Shown here: positions 1 through 8,483 of the stretch, piece after piece
How positions within the stretch are numbered: position 1 is the stretch's first letter
How the letters are laid out: every line of letters begins with the position of its first letter
NCBI GenBank assembly: GCA_963826115.1
Contig: CAWGVS010000008.1
Coordinates: 30,118-94,117 of the forward strand
DNA length: 64,000 bases
Reading direction: 5' to 3'
Source of the DNA: an uncultured Candidatus Rokubacteria bacterium
GTDB lineage: Bacteria > Methylomirabilota > Methylomirabilia > Rokubacteriales > DASRDR01
Position numbers and translations under genes: made by a program
Notes under the pieces: model-generated
What the model was told of the DNA's origin: nothing
Seen by the model: only the letters and a program-made list of their open reading frames with translations
Databases searched by the model: none

Positions 1-365
1 AGGTCGTCCTCGCTCACCTCGACCTTGTCGCGCTTGGCCTCCTGGACCTGGAGCCGGTGGTCGACCAGCCGGTTCAGCATGGTCCGCTCGACGTCGGGCC
101 CCGCCTCGGGCACGTCGCGCCCGTCGCGACGCGAGAGGACGATCGCCTCCTGGAGCTCGGACATCATGATCACGTCGTCGTTGACGACGGCCACCACCCG
201 GTCGATCACGGCCTGGCTGTCCTTGATGGGCGGCGTCTCCCCGGACCGCACGAGGACGCCCCCCGCGCCCGCCGGGACGGGCGGCAACGGTCCCGCGGGC
301 CCCCGGCAGGCGCCAAGCCCGGCCGCCAGGACGAGTCCCGCGAGCGCACGCTGCCGCGCGGTCAT
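1..365 (-). CDS. SurA-like periplasmic chaperone/PPIase, N-terminal part (runs off the window edge)
   Basis: Manual translation MTARQRALAGLVLAAGLGAC...VIDRVVAVVNDDVIMMSELQE...LNRLVDHRLQVQEAKRDKVEVSEDD matches the SurA N-domain. ATGA overlap with the mfd stop. Confidence 0.8.
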   Translation of the reverse strand, partial: MTARQRALAGLVLAAGLGACRGPAGPLPPVPAGAGGVLVRSGETPPIKDSQAVIDRVVAVVNDDVIMMSELQEAIVLSRRDGRDVPEAGPDVERTMLNRLVDHRLQVQEAKRDKVEVSEDD

Positions 366-3300
366 CGGCGTCCCTCCACGGGTCCCCGCAGCTCGCCGAG
401 AAGCCGCGTGAGAGCCTGGAACGTCTCGGGCCAGCCGCCACGGGGCAGCGACGCCTCCAGCACGAGCTCCCGCACCGTCCGCAGCCGCCGGCCGTGGAGC
501 CGCAACAGGTCGATGATCCGCTGGGGCGGCACCGGCGTGCTGGGCGCGAACGTCAGGAGCGCCTGGCCTCCCCGCACCTCGAGCCGCTCGAGGCGGAGAG
601 CGCGCGCCTCGAGCCGGAGGGCCACGACGTCGAGGAGCCGCGCCGCCGCCTCGGGGAGCGGCCCGAACCGGTCCCGGAGCTCCCGGTGCGTCTCCTCGAT
701 CTCCGCCGACGCTCGGACGCCCGCCAGCCGCTTGTAGAGAGCGAGCCGCTGGGCGGCCTCGCCCACGTAGTCCTCGGGCAGGTACGCGGCGGCGTCGACC
801 GTCACGACGGAGTCGACGTCGTCCTCGGGCGGTTCCCCGCGGAGCTCCCGGACGGCCTCCTCCAGGAGCTTCAGGTAAAGGTCGAAGCCGACCATCTCGA
901 TCTGGCCGTGCTGCTGGGCGCCCAGCAGGTTCCCCGACCCCCGGATCTCCATGTCCCGCAGCGCGACCTTGAGCCCCGAGCCGAGCGCCGTCAGCTCCTG
1001 GAGCACCCGCAGCCGCTTCCCCGCCGTCTCGTCGACACGCCCGTCGGCCGGGATCAGAAGGTAGGCGTACGCCTGGAGCCGATCGCGCCCCACCCGGCCC
1101 CGGAGCTGGTAGAGCTGCGCGAGGCCGAGCCGGTCGGCGCGGTTGATGATGATCGTGTTCGACGCCGGGATGTCGAGCCCCGACTCGATGATGGCCGTGG
1201 CCACGAGCACATCGTACGCGCCCCCGACGTAATCCAGCATCGTTCGTTCGAGGACCGTCTCGCGGAGCTGCCCATGCGCCATCGCGACCCGCGCGCGGGG
1301 GACGAGCCGCTGGATCAGGCGCACGAGGGCGGGCAGGGACTGGATGCGGTTGTGCACGACGAAGACCTGCCCGCCCCGGCCCAGCTCCCGCTCGATCGCT
1401 TCCTTGATGACCTGGGGGTCGAACCGGCACACGACGGTCTCGACCGCGAGCCGATCGGCCGGAGGCGTCTCGATGACCGAGAGGTCGCGGATCCCGGCCA
1501 TCGCCATGGAGAGCGTGCGCGGGATGGGCGTGGCCGTCAGCGTGAGGACGTGGACGGCCTTCCGCAGCTGCTTGAGCCGCTCCTTGTGCGCCACCCCGAA
1601 CCGGTGCTCCTCGTCCACCACCAGGAGCCCGAGGCTCCTGAAGGCGACGTCCTTGGAGAGCAGCCGGTGCGTGCCGATGACGACGTCGACGGTCCCCGCG
1701 GCCAGGCCGGCCAGGACGGCCTTCTGCTGGGCCGGCGGCCGGAAGCGCGAGAGCATCTCCACCCGCACCGGGTAGGGCGCGAAGCGCTCCCGGAAGGTGG
1801 TCCAGTGCTGCTCGGCGAGGATCGTCGTCGGCACGAGCACCGCCACCTGGTGCCCGTCGAGCGCGACCTTGAGGGCCGCCCGCATCGCGACCTCGGTCTT
1901 CCCGTAGCCCACGTCGCCGCACACGAGCCGGTCCATCGGCTGGCGCCGCTCGAGGTCCGCCTTGATCTGACGGATCGCCGCCAGCTGGTCCGGCGTCTCC
2001 TCGAAGGGGAACGCCGCCTCGAATTCATGCTGCCAGGGCGTGTCGCCGCCGGTCGCGAGGCCTTCCACCACCTGCCGCTCGGCGTAGAGACGGAGGAGCT
2101 CCTGCGCCATCTCGCGGAGGGACGCCCGGACCGACTCCTTGGTCCGCTGCCACGTGGTCGCCCCGAGCTTGTCGAGCCGCGGCGTGGCGTCGCCGGACCC
2201 CGCGTACTTCGTGACCGCGGCCATCCGCTGGACGGGGAGGTACAGGCGCGACCCCTCCGCGTACTCGAGCAAGAGGTAGTCGGCCGGCTGCCCGTCGACG
2301 GCCAGCGTCACGAGCCCCGCGTACCGGCCGATGCCGTGCTCGACGTGGACCACGAGGTCGCCGGGGACCAGGTCGGTGAACGCGGCGATCGCGGCGCCCC
2401 GCTGGTACGTCGGCCGCCGGCGCATCGTGCGCCGGTGCCCGAAGAGCTCGGTCTCCGTCAGGCACACGAGCCCGAGGCCCGGGCACTCGAACCCGATGTG
2501 CGCGCCGCCGACCAGGACCGCGAGCGGCTCCGGCCCGAGGAGGGTGTCGGCGACCGGCGCCTCGTGCTCGAGATCCCGCAGGATCTCCTGGAGGCGCTCC
2601 GCCGTCTGCGGGTCGGGCCCCAGGAGGCGCACCCGGAAACCCTCGCTCCGCCAGGCCGCCAGCGCGGGCTCGAGCCGCCGGAACTGTCCCCGCACCCCCT
2701 CGATCGAGCGAGTCTCCAGCCGGAACGCGCCCGGCGCGCCGGTCAGCAAGACACCGCACTCGACGCGTGGCCGGCGACCCAAGGAGTCGAGCGCGGCGGC
2801 GTGCTCGGCCCCCGGGGCGAGGAGCGCGGGGTCGGCGACCGCGACCGGGGCGTCGAGCGGCAGGTAGTCGCCGAGCCGCGCTCCGTCCTCCGCGCCGCCG
2901 GTGAGCATGGGCAGGACGAGGAGCATCGCGACCGCACCCGTCGAGCGTTGCGTGGTCGGATCGAACGTCCGGAGCGACTCGACGTCGTCCCCCACCAGCT
3001 CGACGCGGACCGGCAGCGCCCCCGCCGGCGAGAAGACGTCGACGATCCCGCCCCGGAGCGCCCACTGCCCGACGCCCGTCACGGTCTCCACGCGCTCGTA
3101 GCCTGCGGTCTGGAGGTGCTCCACCAGCGCGTCCCGGTCGAGCGCGTCGCCCGGCGCGAGCGTGAGCACCTGGCGCCGGAACGCCGGCGGCGCAGGGAGC
3201 GGCGCCTCGAGCCCGCGCGCGGGCACGATCACCCACAGGGGCTCCCCGCGTAGGAGCCGGCCGAGGAGGCCGGCGCGGCCCGCATCCTCCTCGCGCGCGC

Positions 3301-3622
3301 CGGCGTCCCGCCAGAGCGCGGCGTGGGGCACGGGCATCAGGACGACTTCGCCGGGGGCCTTCCGGCCCACCAGGCCGGCGAAGGCGCGGAGGTCGTCGAG
3401 CGCGCGGTACGCCGTCGGCTCGTCGGCCACGACCACGAGCGCGGAGCGGTCGGGCGGCAAGAGCGCCGCCAGCGCGAGCGCCGAGGCGGACCCCCACAGA
3501 CCCTCGAGCGCCACGCGGGCCGTGCCGCCGGCGAGCGCCGCCCGCGCGGCCGACAGGTCGCCCCAGCCGTCCAGCGGGGGCGCATCGGTCCGGGCGAGCG
3601 TCGCCGTGGCGCCGGCCGTCAT
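362..3622 (-). CDS. mfd: Transcription-repair coupling factor
   Basis: UvrB-like region, RID (VHVEHGIGRY), CGDVGYGKT, DEEH, TATPIPRT, QLRGRVGR, TRCF C-terminus. ATG at 3622 overlaps the rex stop. Confidence 0.96.
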   Translation of the reverse strand: MTAGATATLARTDAPPLDGWGDLSAARAALAGGTARVALEGLWGSASALALAALLPPDRSALVVVADEPTAYRALDDLRAFAGLVGRKAPGEVVLMPVPHAALWRDAGAREEDAGRAGLLGRLLRGEPLWVIVPARGLEAPLPAPPAFRRQVLTLAPGDALDRDALVEHLQTAGYERVETVTGVGQWALRGGIVDVFSPAGALPVRVELVGDDVESLRTFDPTTQRSTGAVAMLLVLPMLTGGAEDGARLGDYLPLDAPVAVADPALLAPGAEHAAALDSLGRRPRVECGVLLTGAPGAFRLETRSIEGVRGQFRRLEPALAAWRSEGFRVRLLGPDPQTAERLQEILRDLEHEAPVADTLLGPEPLAVLVGGAHIGFECPGLGLVCLTETELFGHRRTMRRRPTYQRGAAIAAFTDLVPGDLVVHVEHGIGRYAGLVTLAVDGQPADYLLLEYAEGSRLYLPVQRMAAVTKYAGSGDATPRLDKLGATTWQRTKESVRASLREMAQELLRLYAERQVVEGLATGGDTPWQHEFEAAFPFEETPDQLAAIRQIKADLERRQPMDRLVCGDVGYGKTEVAMRAALKVALDGHQVAVLVPTTILAEQHWTTFRERFAPYPVRVEMLSRFRPPAQQKAVLAGLAAGTVDVVIGTHRLLSKDVAFRSLGLLVVDEEHRFGVAHKERLKQLRKAVHVLTLTATPIPRTLSMAMAGIRDLSVIETPPADRLAVETVVCRFDPQVIKEAIERELGRGGQVFVVHNRIQSLPALVRLIQRLVPRARVAMAHGQLRETVLERTMLDYVGGAYDVLVATAIIESGLDIPASNTIIINRADRLGLAQLYQLRGRVGRDRLQAYAYLLIPADGRVDETAGKRLRVLQELTALGSGLKVALRDMEIRGSGNLLGAQQHGQIEMVGFDLYLKLLEEAVRELRGEPPEDDVDSVVTVDAAAYLPEDYVGEAAQRLALYKRLAGVRASAEIEETHRELRDRFGPLPEAAARLLDVVALRLEARALRLERLEVRGGQALLTFAPSTPVPPQRIIDLLRLHGRRLRTVRELVLEASLPRGGWPETFQALTRLLGELRGPVEGRR

Positions 3623-4266
3623 CGCGGCCCCTGCCCGAGGTGGAAAGAGAGGTTCTCCAACTCGATCGACAGGTCGACGTTCTGGAGCCGCACGTCCTTC
3701 GGCACCTTGACCCGGCTGGGGGCGAAGTTGAGAATCGCGCGCACCCCCGCCGCAACCAGCCGGTCGGCGACGGTCTGGGCCGCCTCGGCGGGCACGGCGA
3801 CGACGCCGATCTGGATCGCCTGGGCCTTCACGACGCGCGGCAACTCGGCGAGCGCTTGAATCGTGAGCCCGTTGACCGCGCGCCCCACCTTGGCCGGGTC
3901 GTCGTCGACGATGGCCGCGATGCGGAACCCCTGATGGGCGAAACCGCGGTAGTGGAAGAGGGCGGAGCCGAGGTTTCCGAAGCCCACCAGCACGACCCGC
4001 CACTCGCGGTCGAGGCCCAGGATGCGCTGGATCTCGAGCCGGAGGTTCGTGGTGTCGTAGCCGATCCCTCGGATACCGAACTCGCCGAAGTAGGCCAGGT
4101 CCTTCCGGACCTGGGCCGAGTTCAGGTGGAACCGCGCCGCGAGCTCCTGCGAGGAGATCGTCTTGACGCCGTCCTCCTCGAGCTGCGCCAGGCAGCGGAA
4201 GTAGACAGAGAGGCGGCGCACGGTCATCTCCGGGATGCGGGGCAGGCGACCTCCGGAACGCGGCAT
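3619..4266 (-). CDS. rex: Redox-sensing transcriptional repressor Rex
   Basis: IPEMTVRRLSVY...ISSQELA...QVRKDLAYFGEFGIRGIGY; Rossmann motif VGFGNLG; ILNFAP. Confidence 0.96.
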   Translation of the reverse strand: MPRSGGRLPRIPEMTVRRLSVYFRCLAQLEEDGVKTISSQELAARFHLNSAQVRKDLAYFGEFGIRGIGYDTTNLRLEIQRILGLDREWRVVLVGFGNLGSALFHYRGFAHQGFRIAAIVDDDPAKVGRAVNGLTIQALAELPRVVKAQAIQIGVVAVPAEAAQTVADRLVAAGVRAILNFAPSRVKVPKDVRLQNVDLSIELENLSFHLGQGPR

Positions 4267-4282
4267 GCGCGATGCCACGGCC

Positions 4283-4316
4283 GCCCGGGCGGACGGCGCG
4301 CGCCGCCCGCCCGGGC
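4283..4316 (-). terminator. GC-rich hairpin after atpE without a U tract (partial terminator or mRNA stabiliser)
   Basis: GCCCGGGCGG-A-CGGCGCGCGCCG-C-CCGCCCGGGC inverted repeat about 10 nt past the atpE stop. Confidence 0.45.
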
Positions 4317-4325
4317 TGACCGCTT

Positions 4326-4649
4326 TTACTTGAAGGGGTTTGCGAAGAGCAGGATGATCGCGATGACCAGCGTGTAGATCGCGAGCGACTCGATGAGCGC
4401 CAGACCGATGATCATCGCGGTCTGGATCCGGGCCGCCGCGCCAGGCTGGCGCGCCATGCCCTCCAGTGCCGCGGCGATCGCCTTCGCCTGACCGAGCCCG
4501 CAAAGCCCGGCGGCCAGGGCCATGCCCATGCCCGCCGCGATGACCGTGAACGGCCCGACCCAGGATCCCGTCGCCGCCGCGTCCGCCGCGTAGGCAACCC
4601 CCTCGGCGAGGCTCAGGGACAGCCCCAGAAGCACCAGAGCGATACGCAC
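4326..4649 (-). CDS. atpE: ATP synthase F0 subunit c with N-terminal signal-like extension
   Basis: GLGQ...GMARQP...[16 protein letters not shown] start preceded by GAAGGAGGAG. Confidence 0.95.
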   Translation of the reverse strand: MRIALVLLGLSLSLAEGVAYAADAAATGSWVGPFTVIAAGMGMALAAGLCGLGQAKAIAAALEGMARQPGAAARIQTAMIIGLALIESLAIYTLVIAIILLFANPFK

Positions 4650-4710
4650 CTTCTCTCCTCCTTCCCCGTCCCGCCCGGGCCCCCGGGCCGTGTTGGCGGC
4701 GGGGGCGGTG

Positions 4711-5541
4711 TTAGTGATGGGCGGGTGCCGCGGCCTCCGGGCCGCCATGACCCGCGTGCTCGCCGTGGCCCCCCGGGGCTCCGTGCCCGGCCTCCGAGCC
4801 GTGCTCGGCCTCGAGGGCGCCCGCGATGTAGAGCATCGACAGCATGCAGAAGATGAACGCCTGCAGGAACGCCACCAGGAGCTTCAGCGGGAACAGGAAG
4901 CCGACCGTGAACAGGATCGTCGCGATCGTCCCGATCCCGCCGATCACGAGCCCCAGCACGCCCGCGGCGCCCGAGAGCGCCCAGGTCGACAGTCCCACCG
5001 TCATGAAGAAGACGATCGACAACAGGATGTGGCCGCCGAGCATGTTGCCGAAGAGGCGCAGCGTCAGCGACAGCGGCCGCGCCAGATGGCTGATCAGCTC
5101 GATCGGCACCATGAGCGGGGCCAGCGCCGGCATCGGCCCCGCGAAGTGCTTCAGATACGCGCCCAGCCCGTGCGCGCGGATCCCGATCCAGTGGTAGGAG
5201 AAGAACACCACGAGGGCGCACGCCAGGTTCGTGTTCACGTTGTCGGTCGGCGCCGTGAACCCGGGCACCAGGCCGAGCAGGTTGCACGCGAAGATGAACA
5301 GGCCGAGCGTGGCGATCAGCGGCAGGAAACGCCGCCCTTCCTTGCCGATCACGTCGTCGATCAGCGCGAGGACGAACTCGAGGGCCGCCTCCGCCGCGTT
5401 CTGGACGCCGCGCGGCACCAGCGCCGGGCGCCGCGGGATCAGGGACGCGACGAGGATCAGGAGCGCCATCACGAGCCACCCGAAGACGACGTGGTGCGGG
5501 AGGCCGAACGTGTTGAAGACCGGCGGCTCGAGTGCGTGCAC
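4711..5541 (-). CDS. atpB: ATP synthase F0 subunit a
   Basis: [46 protein letters not shown] start with GAGGAG RBS. Confidence 0.96.
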   Translation of the reverse strand: MHALEPPVFNTFGLPHHVVFGWLVMALLILVASLIPRRPALVPRGVQNAAEAALEFVLALIDDVIGKEGRRFLPLIATLGLFIFACNLLGLVPGFTAPTDNVNTNLACALVVFFSYHWIGIRAHGLGAYLKHFAGPMPALAPLMVPIELISHLARPLSLTLRLFGNMLGGHILLSIVFFMTVGLSTWALSGAAGVLGLVIGGIGTIATILFTVGFLFPLKLLVAFLQAFIFCMLSMLYIAGALEAEHGSEAGHGAPGGHGEHAGHGGPEAAAPAHH

Positions 5542-5552
5542 CGGGCGCCTCC

Positions 5553-5924
5553 TCAGGCGGTCCGCGCGGCCCGGAGGCCCGCCAGGACGACGGCCACCGG
5601 GACGAGGGTCAGAGACAGGCAGAGCCCGGCGAGCCCGACGCTGGTCTGGGTCACCAGGAGGCCCGCCAGGAGCCCGACCAGACCCAGCCGGAGCCCGCTG
5701 GCCCCGACCCAGACCGGGCGCGACGCCGTCCCGCCCGACAGGGCCCACTCCGCGGCCCAGGCGAGCCCGCCGAAGTTCAGCAGCATGAGCCCGCTCCCGA
5801 GGAGGACACCGAGGGCGTCGGCCGGCCCCCGCAGGAGCCCGCACAGCGCCGCGAGCCCGAGCGTCAACCCGCCGGCGACGAGCCAGACCGCGCGGGTCAG
5901 CTCACTCGGCGCGATCACGGTCAC
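5553..5924 (-). CDS. atpI: ATP synthase protein I (4 TM)
   Basis: Small hydrophobic ORF (GVLLGSGLMLLNF) directly upstream of atpB; GAGGAGG RBS. Confidence 0.75.
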   Translation of the reverse strand: MTVIAPSELTRAVWLVAGGLTLGLAALCGLLRGPADALGVLLGSGLMLLNFGGLAWAAEWALSGGTASRPVWVGASGLRLGLVGLLAGLLVTQTSVGLAGLCLSLTLVPVAVVLAGLRAARTA

Positions 5925-6165
5925 CCTGCCCCTCCTCGCGGCCAAACACGCCGGCCGCGCGGAAAAGATTGACGAAGCCCGACGCAATGCCGAGCAAGAG
6001 CCCCACCAGCATGAGCCAGGGGGCCGTCCCCAGCCACCGGTCCAGGGCGTGGCCCCCCCAGAAGCCCAGGACGGTGGAGATCACCAGCGTGAGCCCCACC
6101 CCGCTGAGGGCACCGAGCTGCCGGATCCAGCGTCGATCGGACCGACCCGGCTCGGTTGTGTTCAC
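5902..6165 (-). CDS. atpZ: AtpZ/AtpI-family (ATPase gene 1) membrane protein
   Basis: LSGVGLTLVISTVLGFWGGHALDRWLGTAPWLMLVGLLLGIASGFVNLFR is the typical family pattern. Confidence 0.85.
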   Translation of the reverse strand: MNTTEPGRSDRRWIRQLGALSGVGLTLVISTVLGFWGGHALDRWLGTAPWLMLVGLLLGIASGFVNLFRAAGVFGREEGQGDRDRAE

Positions 6166-6196
6166 ACCCGTGCTCCCCGGGGGGTGGTAGGAACGC

Positions 6197-6214
6197 TTGT
6201 GAACACTAGCACAC
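6197..6214. promoter_or_regulatory. Candidate Rex operator
   Basis: TTGTGAA-CACT-AGCACAC against consensus TTGTGAA-N4-TTCACAA (11 of 14 positions). Overlaps the -10 of the operon that contains rex. Confidence 0.7.
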
Positions 6215-6231
6215 CGTCTGGTCCGCCACAA
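6203..6231 (-). promoter_or_regulatory. sigma70-type promoter of atpZIBE-rex
   Basis: TTGTGG-17 bp-TAGTGT with extended TG. Confidence 0.55.
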
Positions 6232-6336
6232 CCCGCGGCTCCCGGCGCGGTCGGCCGCCTGCCAAGCCCTCCCCGTTCGGCTGATGCGCCCCGTTGACGG
6301 CCCACGTATCGTGACCCGTGAACGAGGAGGTTCACG

Positions 6337-7254
6337 ATGACCCACGTCGCCGACTCCGATGCCGTGAGCGCTCTCTCCGATCAACTGGCCGACGCCGTCG
6401 AGCGCGCGGGCCGCGCGGTGGTCCAGGTCAACGGCCGCCCGCGACAGCCCTCGAGCGGCATCGTGTACGCCCCGGGCCTGGTCCTCGCCGCCGAGCACGC
6501 CCTCGAGCGCGAGGACGACCTCACCGTGGAGACCGCGGCCGGCCCGGCGCTGCCCGCCCAGCTCGTGGGTCGCGACGGGGCCAGCGATCTCGCCGTGCTC
6601 CGCGTGCCCGGCCTTGCCGCGGAGACGGCCACGCCCGCTGCCGCGCCGGCGCGCGTGGGGCAGTTCGCCCTCGCCGTGGGCCGCCCCGGGGGCCAGGCGC
6701 TCATGGCGAGCATCGGCATCGTGAGCGCGATCGGGGGCCCGGCGCGCACGCGCGGCGGGTTGCTCGAGCAGTACCTCCGGACGGACGCCACACCCTACCC
6801 CGGCTTCTCGGGGGGCGCTCTGATCGACACGCGCGGCGGCGTCCTCGGACTCCTCACCACCGGGCTCGCCGGCGGGGCCACCCTCGCCGTCCCGGTGGCC
6901 CTCGCGTGGCGGCTGGCCGAGCCTCTCGCCCGCCAGGGGTACGTGCCGCGCGGCTGGCTCGGCATCGGGAGCCAGCCGGTCCACGTTCCGGCGGGCCAGC
7001 GCGGCGGCCGGGCGCATGACCGGGGGCTCCTGATCGTGGAGATCGCGCCGGAGAGCCCGGCCTTCCGCGCCGGCCTGCACCTCGGCGACATCCTGGTCAC
7101 GCTGGACGACCAGACGGTGGACGACGGCGAGGCGCTCCAGGCGCTCCTCGGCGGCGACCGCGTGGGCCGTCCCGTGAGGGTCCAGGTGCTCCGCGGGGGG
7201 GCCCTCGTCGCGCTCGACGTGACGGTCGGCCAGCGGCCCGGCCGGCGGCGATGA
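6337..7254 (+). CDS. Trypsin-like (S1C/HtrA-like) serine protease with PDZ domain, no signal peptide
   Basis: LAAEH, DLAVL, YPGFSGGAL, RGWLGI, PDZ (SPAFRAGL..GDILV). GAGGAGG RBS. Confidence 0.88.
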   Translation: MTHVADSDAVSALSDQLADAVERAGRAVVQVNGRPRQPSSGIVYAPGLVLAAEHALEREDDLTVETAAGPALPAQLVGRDGASDLAVLRVPGLAAETATPAAAPARVGQFALAVGRPGGQALMASIGIVSAIGGPARTRGGLLEQYLRTDATPYPGFSGGALIDTRGGVLGLLTTGLAGGATLAVPVALAWRLAEPLARQGYVPRGWLGIGSQPVHVPAGQRGGRAHDRGLLIVEIAPESPAFRAGLHLGDILVTLDDQTVDDGEALQALLGGDRVGRPVRVQVLRGGALVALDVTVGQRPGRRR

Positions 7255-7856
7255 GCCCGGCCCTCGCGGTGTCACCCCGGGCTGACGCGGCCCTCGGGCT
7301 GCCGGCGGAGGTCTTGGCGCGTGTCACGCCGAGCATCGTCCGCATCCGCGGTCGTGGGCCGGCCGGCGCGGCCGGCGTCGTTTGGCGCCGGAACGCCGTC
7401 GTGACCAACCACCATGTCGTGGCCGGCGCCGGGCGCGCGCTCCGGGTGATCGCCGCGGACGGTCACGCGCACGCCGCACGCGTGCTCGACGCGAGCCGCG
7501 AGCTCGACCTCGCCCTCCTGGAGGTGCCTGGCGCCGAGATCCAGCCGGCGGCGATCGGCGCGTCGGAGCGGCTCCGGGTCGGCGCGCTCGTCTTCGCGAT
7601 CGGCCACCCGTGGGGCGAGCCGTGGGTGGTCACGGCCGGCATCGTGAGCGGGCTCGGGGCCTTTCCCGGCCCCGACCGCGCCGCGCGACGCCCCTACATC
7701 CGCTCCGATGTCCGGCTGGCGCCGGGCAACTCCGGGGGCGCGCTCCTGGACGCGCGCGGCGCCGTCGTCGGCGTCAACGCGATGGTGATCGGCGGCGACC
7801 TGGCCGTCGCGATCCCGAGCGACGTCGTCCGGCGCTGGATCGGCGCGCGCGCGTGA
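7251..7856 (+). CDS. Trypsin-like serine protease without PDZ
   Basis: VVTNHHVV, DLALL, AIGHPWG, APGNSGGAL. ATGA overlap with the upstream gene. Confidence 0.88.
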   Translation: MSPALAVSPRADAALGLPAEVLARVTPSIVRIRGRGPAGAAGVVWRRNAVVTNHHVVAGAGRALRVIAADGHAHAARVLDASRELDLALLEVPGAEIQPAAIGASERLRVGALVFAIGHPWGEPWVVTAGIVSGLGAFPGPDRAARRPYIRSDVRLAPGNSGGALLDARGAVVGVNAMVIGGDLAVAIPSDVVRRWIGARA

Positions 7857-8467
7857 TCCGCGTCTTCGTCGCCGGCTCGACCGCCGCCCTCCGCCTCGGG
7901 CTTCGCGCGCGGCTCGAGGGCCCGGGAATCACCGTGGTGGGCGACGGCGCGACGCTCGAGGGCGCGCCGGCGGAGGTGGACGTCGTCGTGCTCGGCGATG
8001 CCGAGCGCCTCCCGGTGAGCGCGGACGCGCCAGGAGACGGCGGGGCGCGCGCCGTGGTCGCGCTGGTCGACGGAGCGCGGCCGCTCCCGTCCCTGTCCCG
8101 CCTCGCCCTCCGCGGCTGGGCCCTCGTCTCCCGTGACGCCTCGGCCGCCGAGCTGCGCGCCGCGACGACGGCGGCGGCCGAGGGCTTCGCGGTGCTACCT
8201 GCGCGCCTGGCTCACGCCGCCGGGGCGGGGCGCGGCCCGGCGACCGACCTGCCGCCGGACCCGACGCTCGAGCCGCTCACGCCGCGCGAGCGCGAGACGC
8301 TCGAGCTCCTGGCTCACGGCCTCTCGAATCGCGAGATCGGTGAGCGGCTCGGGATCAGCGAGCACACCGCCAAGTTCCACGTGGCCTCGATCGCCGCGAA
8401 GCTCGGGGCGTCGAGCCGCACCGAGGCGGTCAGCCTCGGCGTCCGCCGCGGCCTGATCACGCTCTAG
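7853..8467 (+). CDS. LuxR/NarL-type regulator with degenerate receiver domain
   Basis: LTPRERETLELLAHGLSNREIGERLGISEHTAKFHV HTH. GTGA overlap. Confidence 0.88.
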   Translation: MIRVFVAGSTAALRLGLRARLEGPGITVVGDGATLEGAPAEVDVVVLGDAERLPVSADAPGDGGARAVVALVDGARPLPSLSRLALRGWALVSRDASAAELRAATTAAAEGFAVLPARLAHAAGAGRGPATDLPPDPTLEPLTPRERETLELLAHGLSNREIGERLGISEHTAKFHVASIAAKLGASSRTEAVSLGVRRGLITL

Positions 8468-8483
8468 GCCGGTGCGGGCAGCG

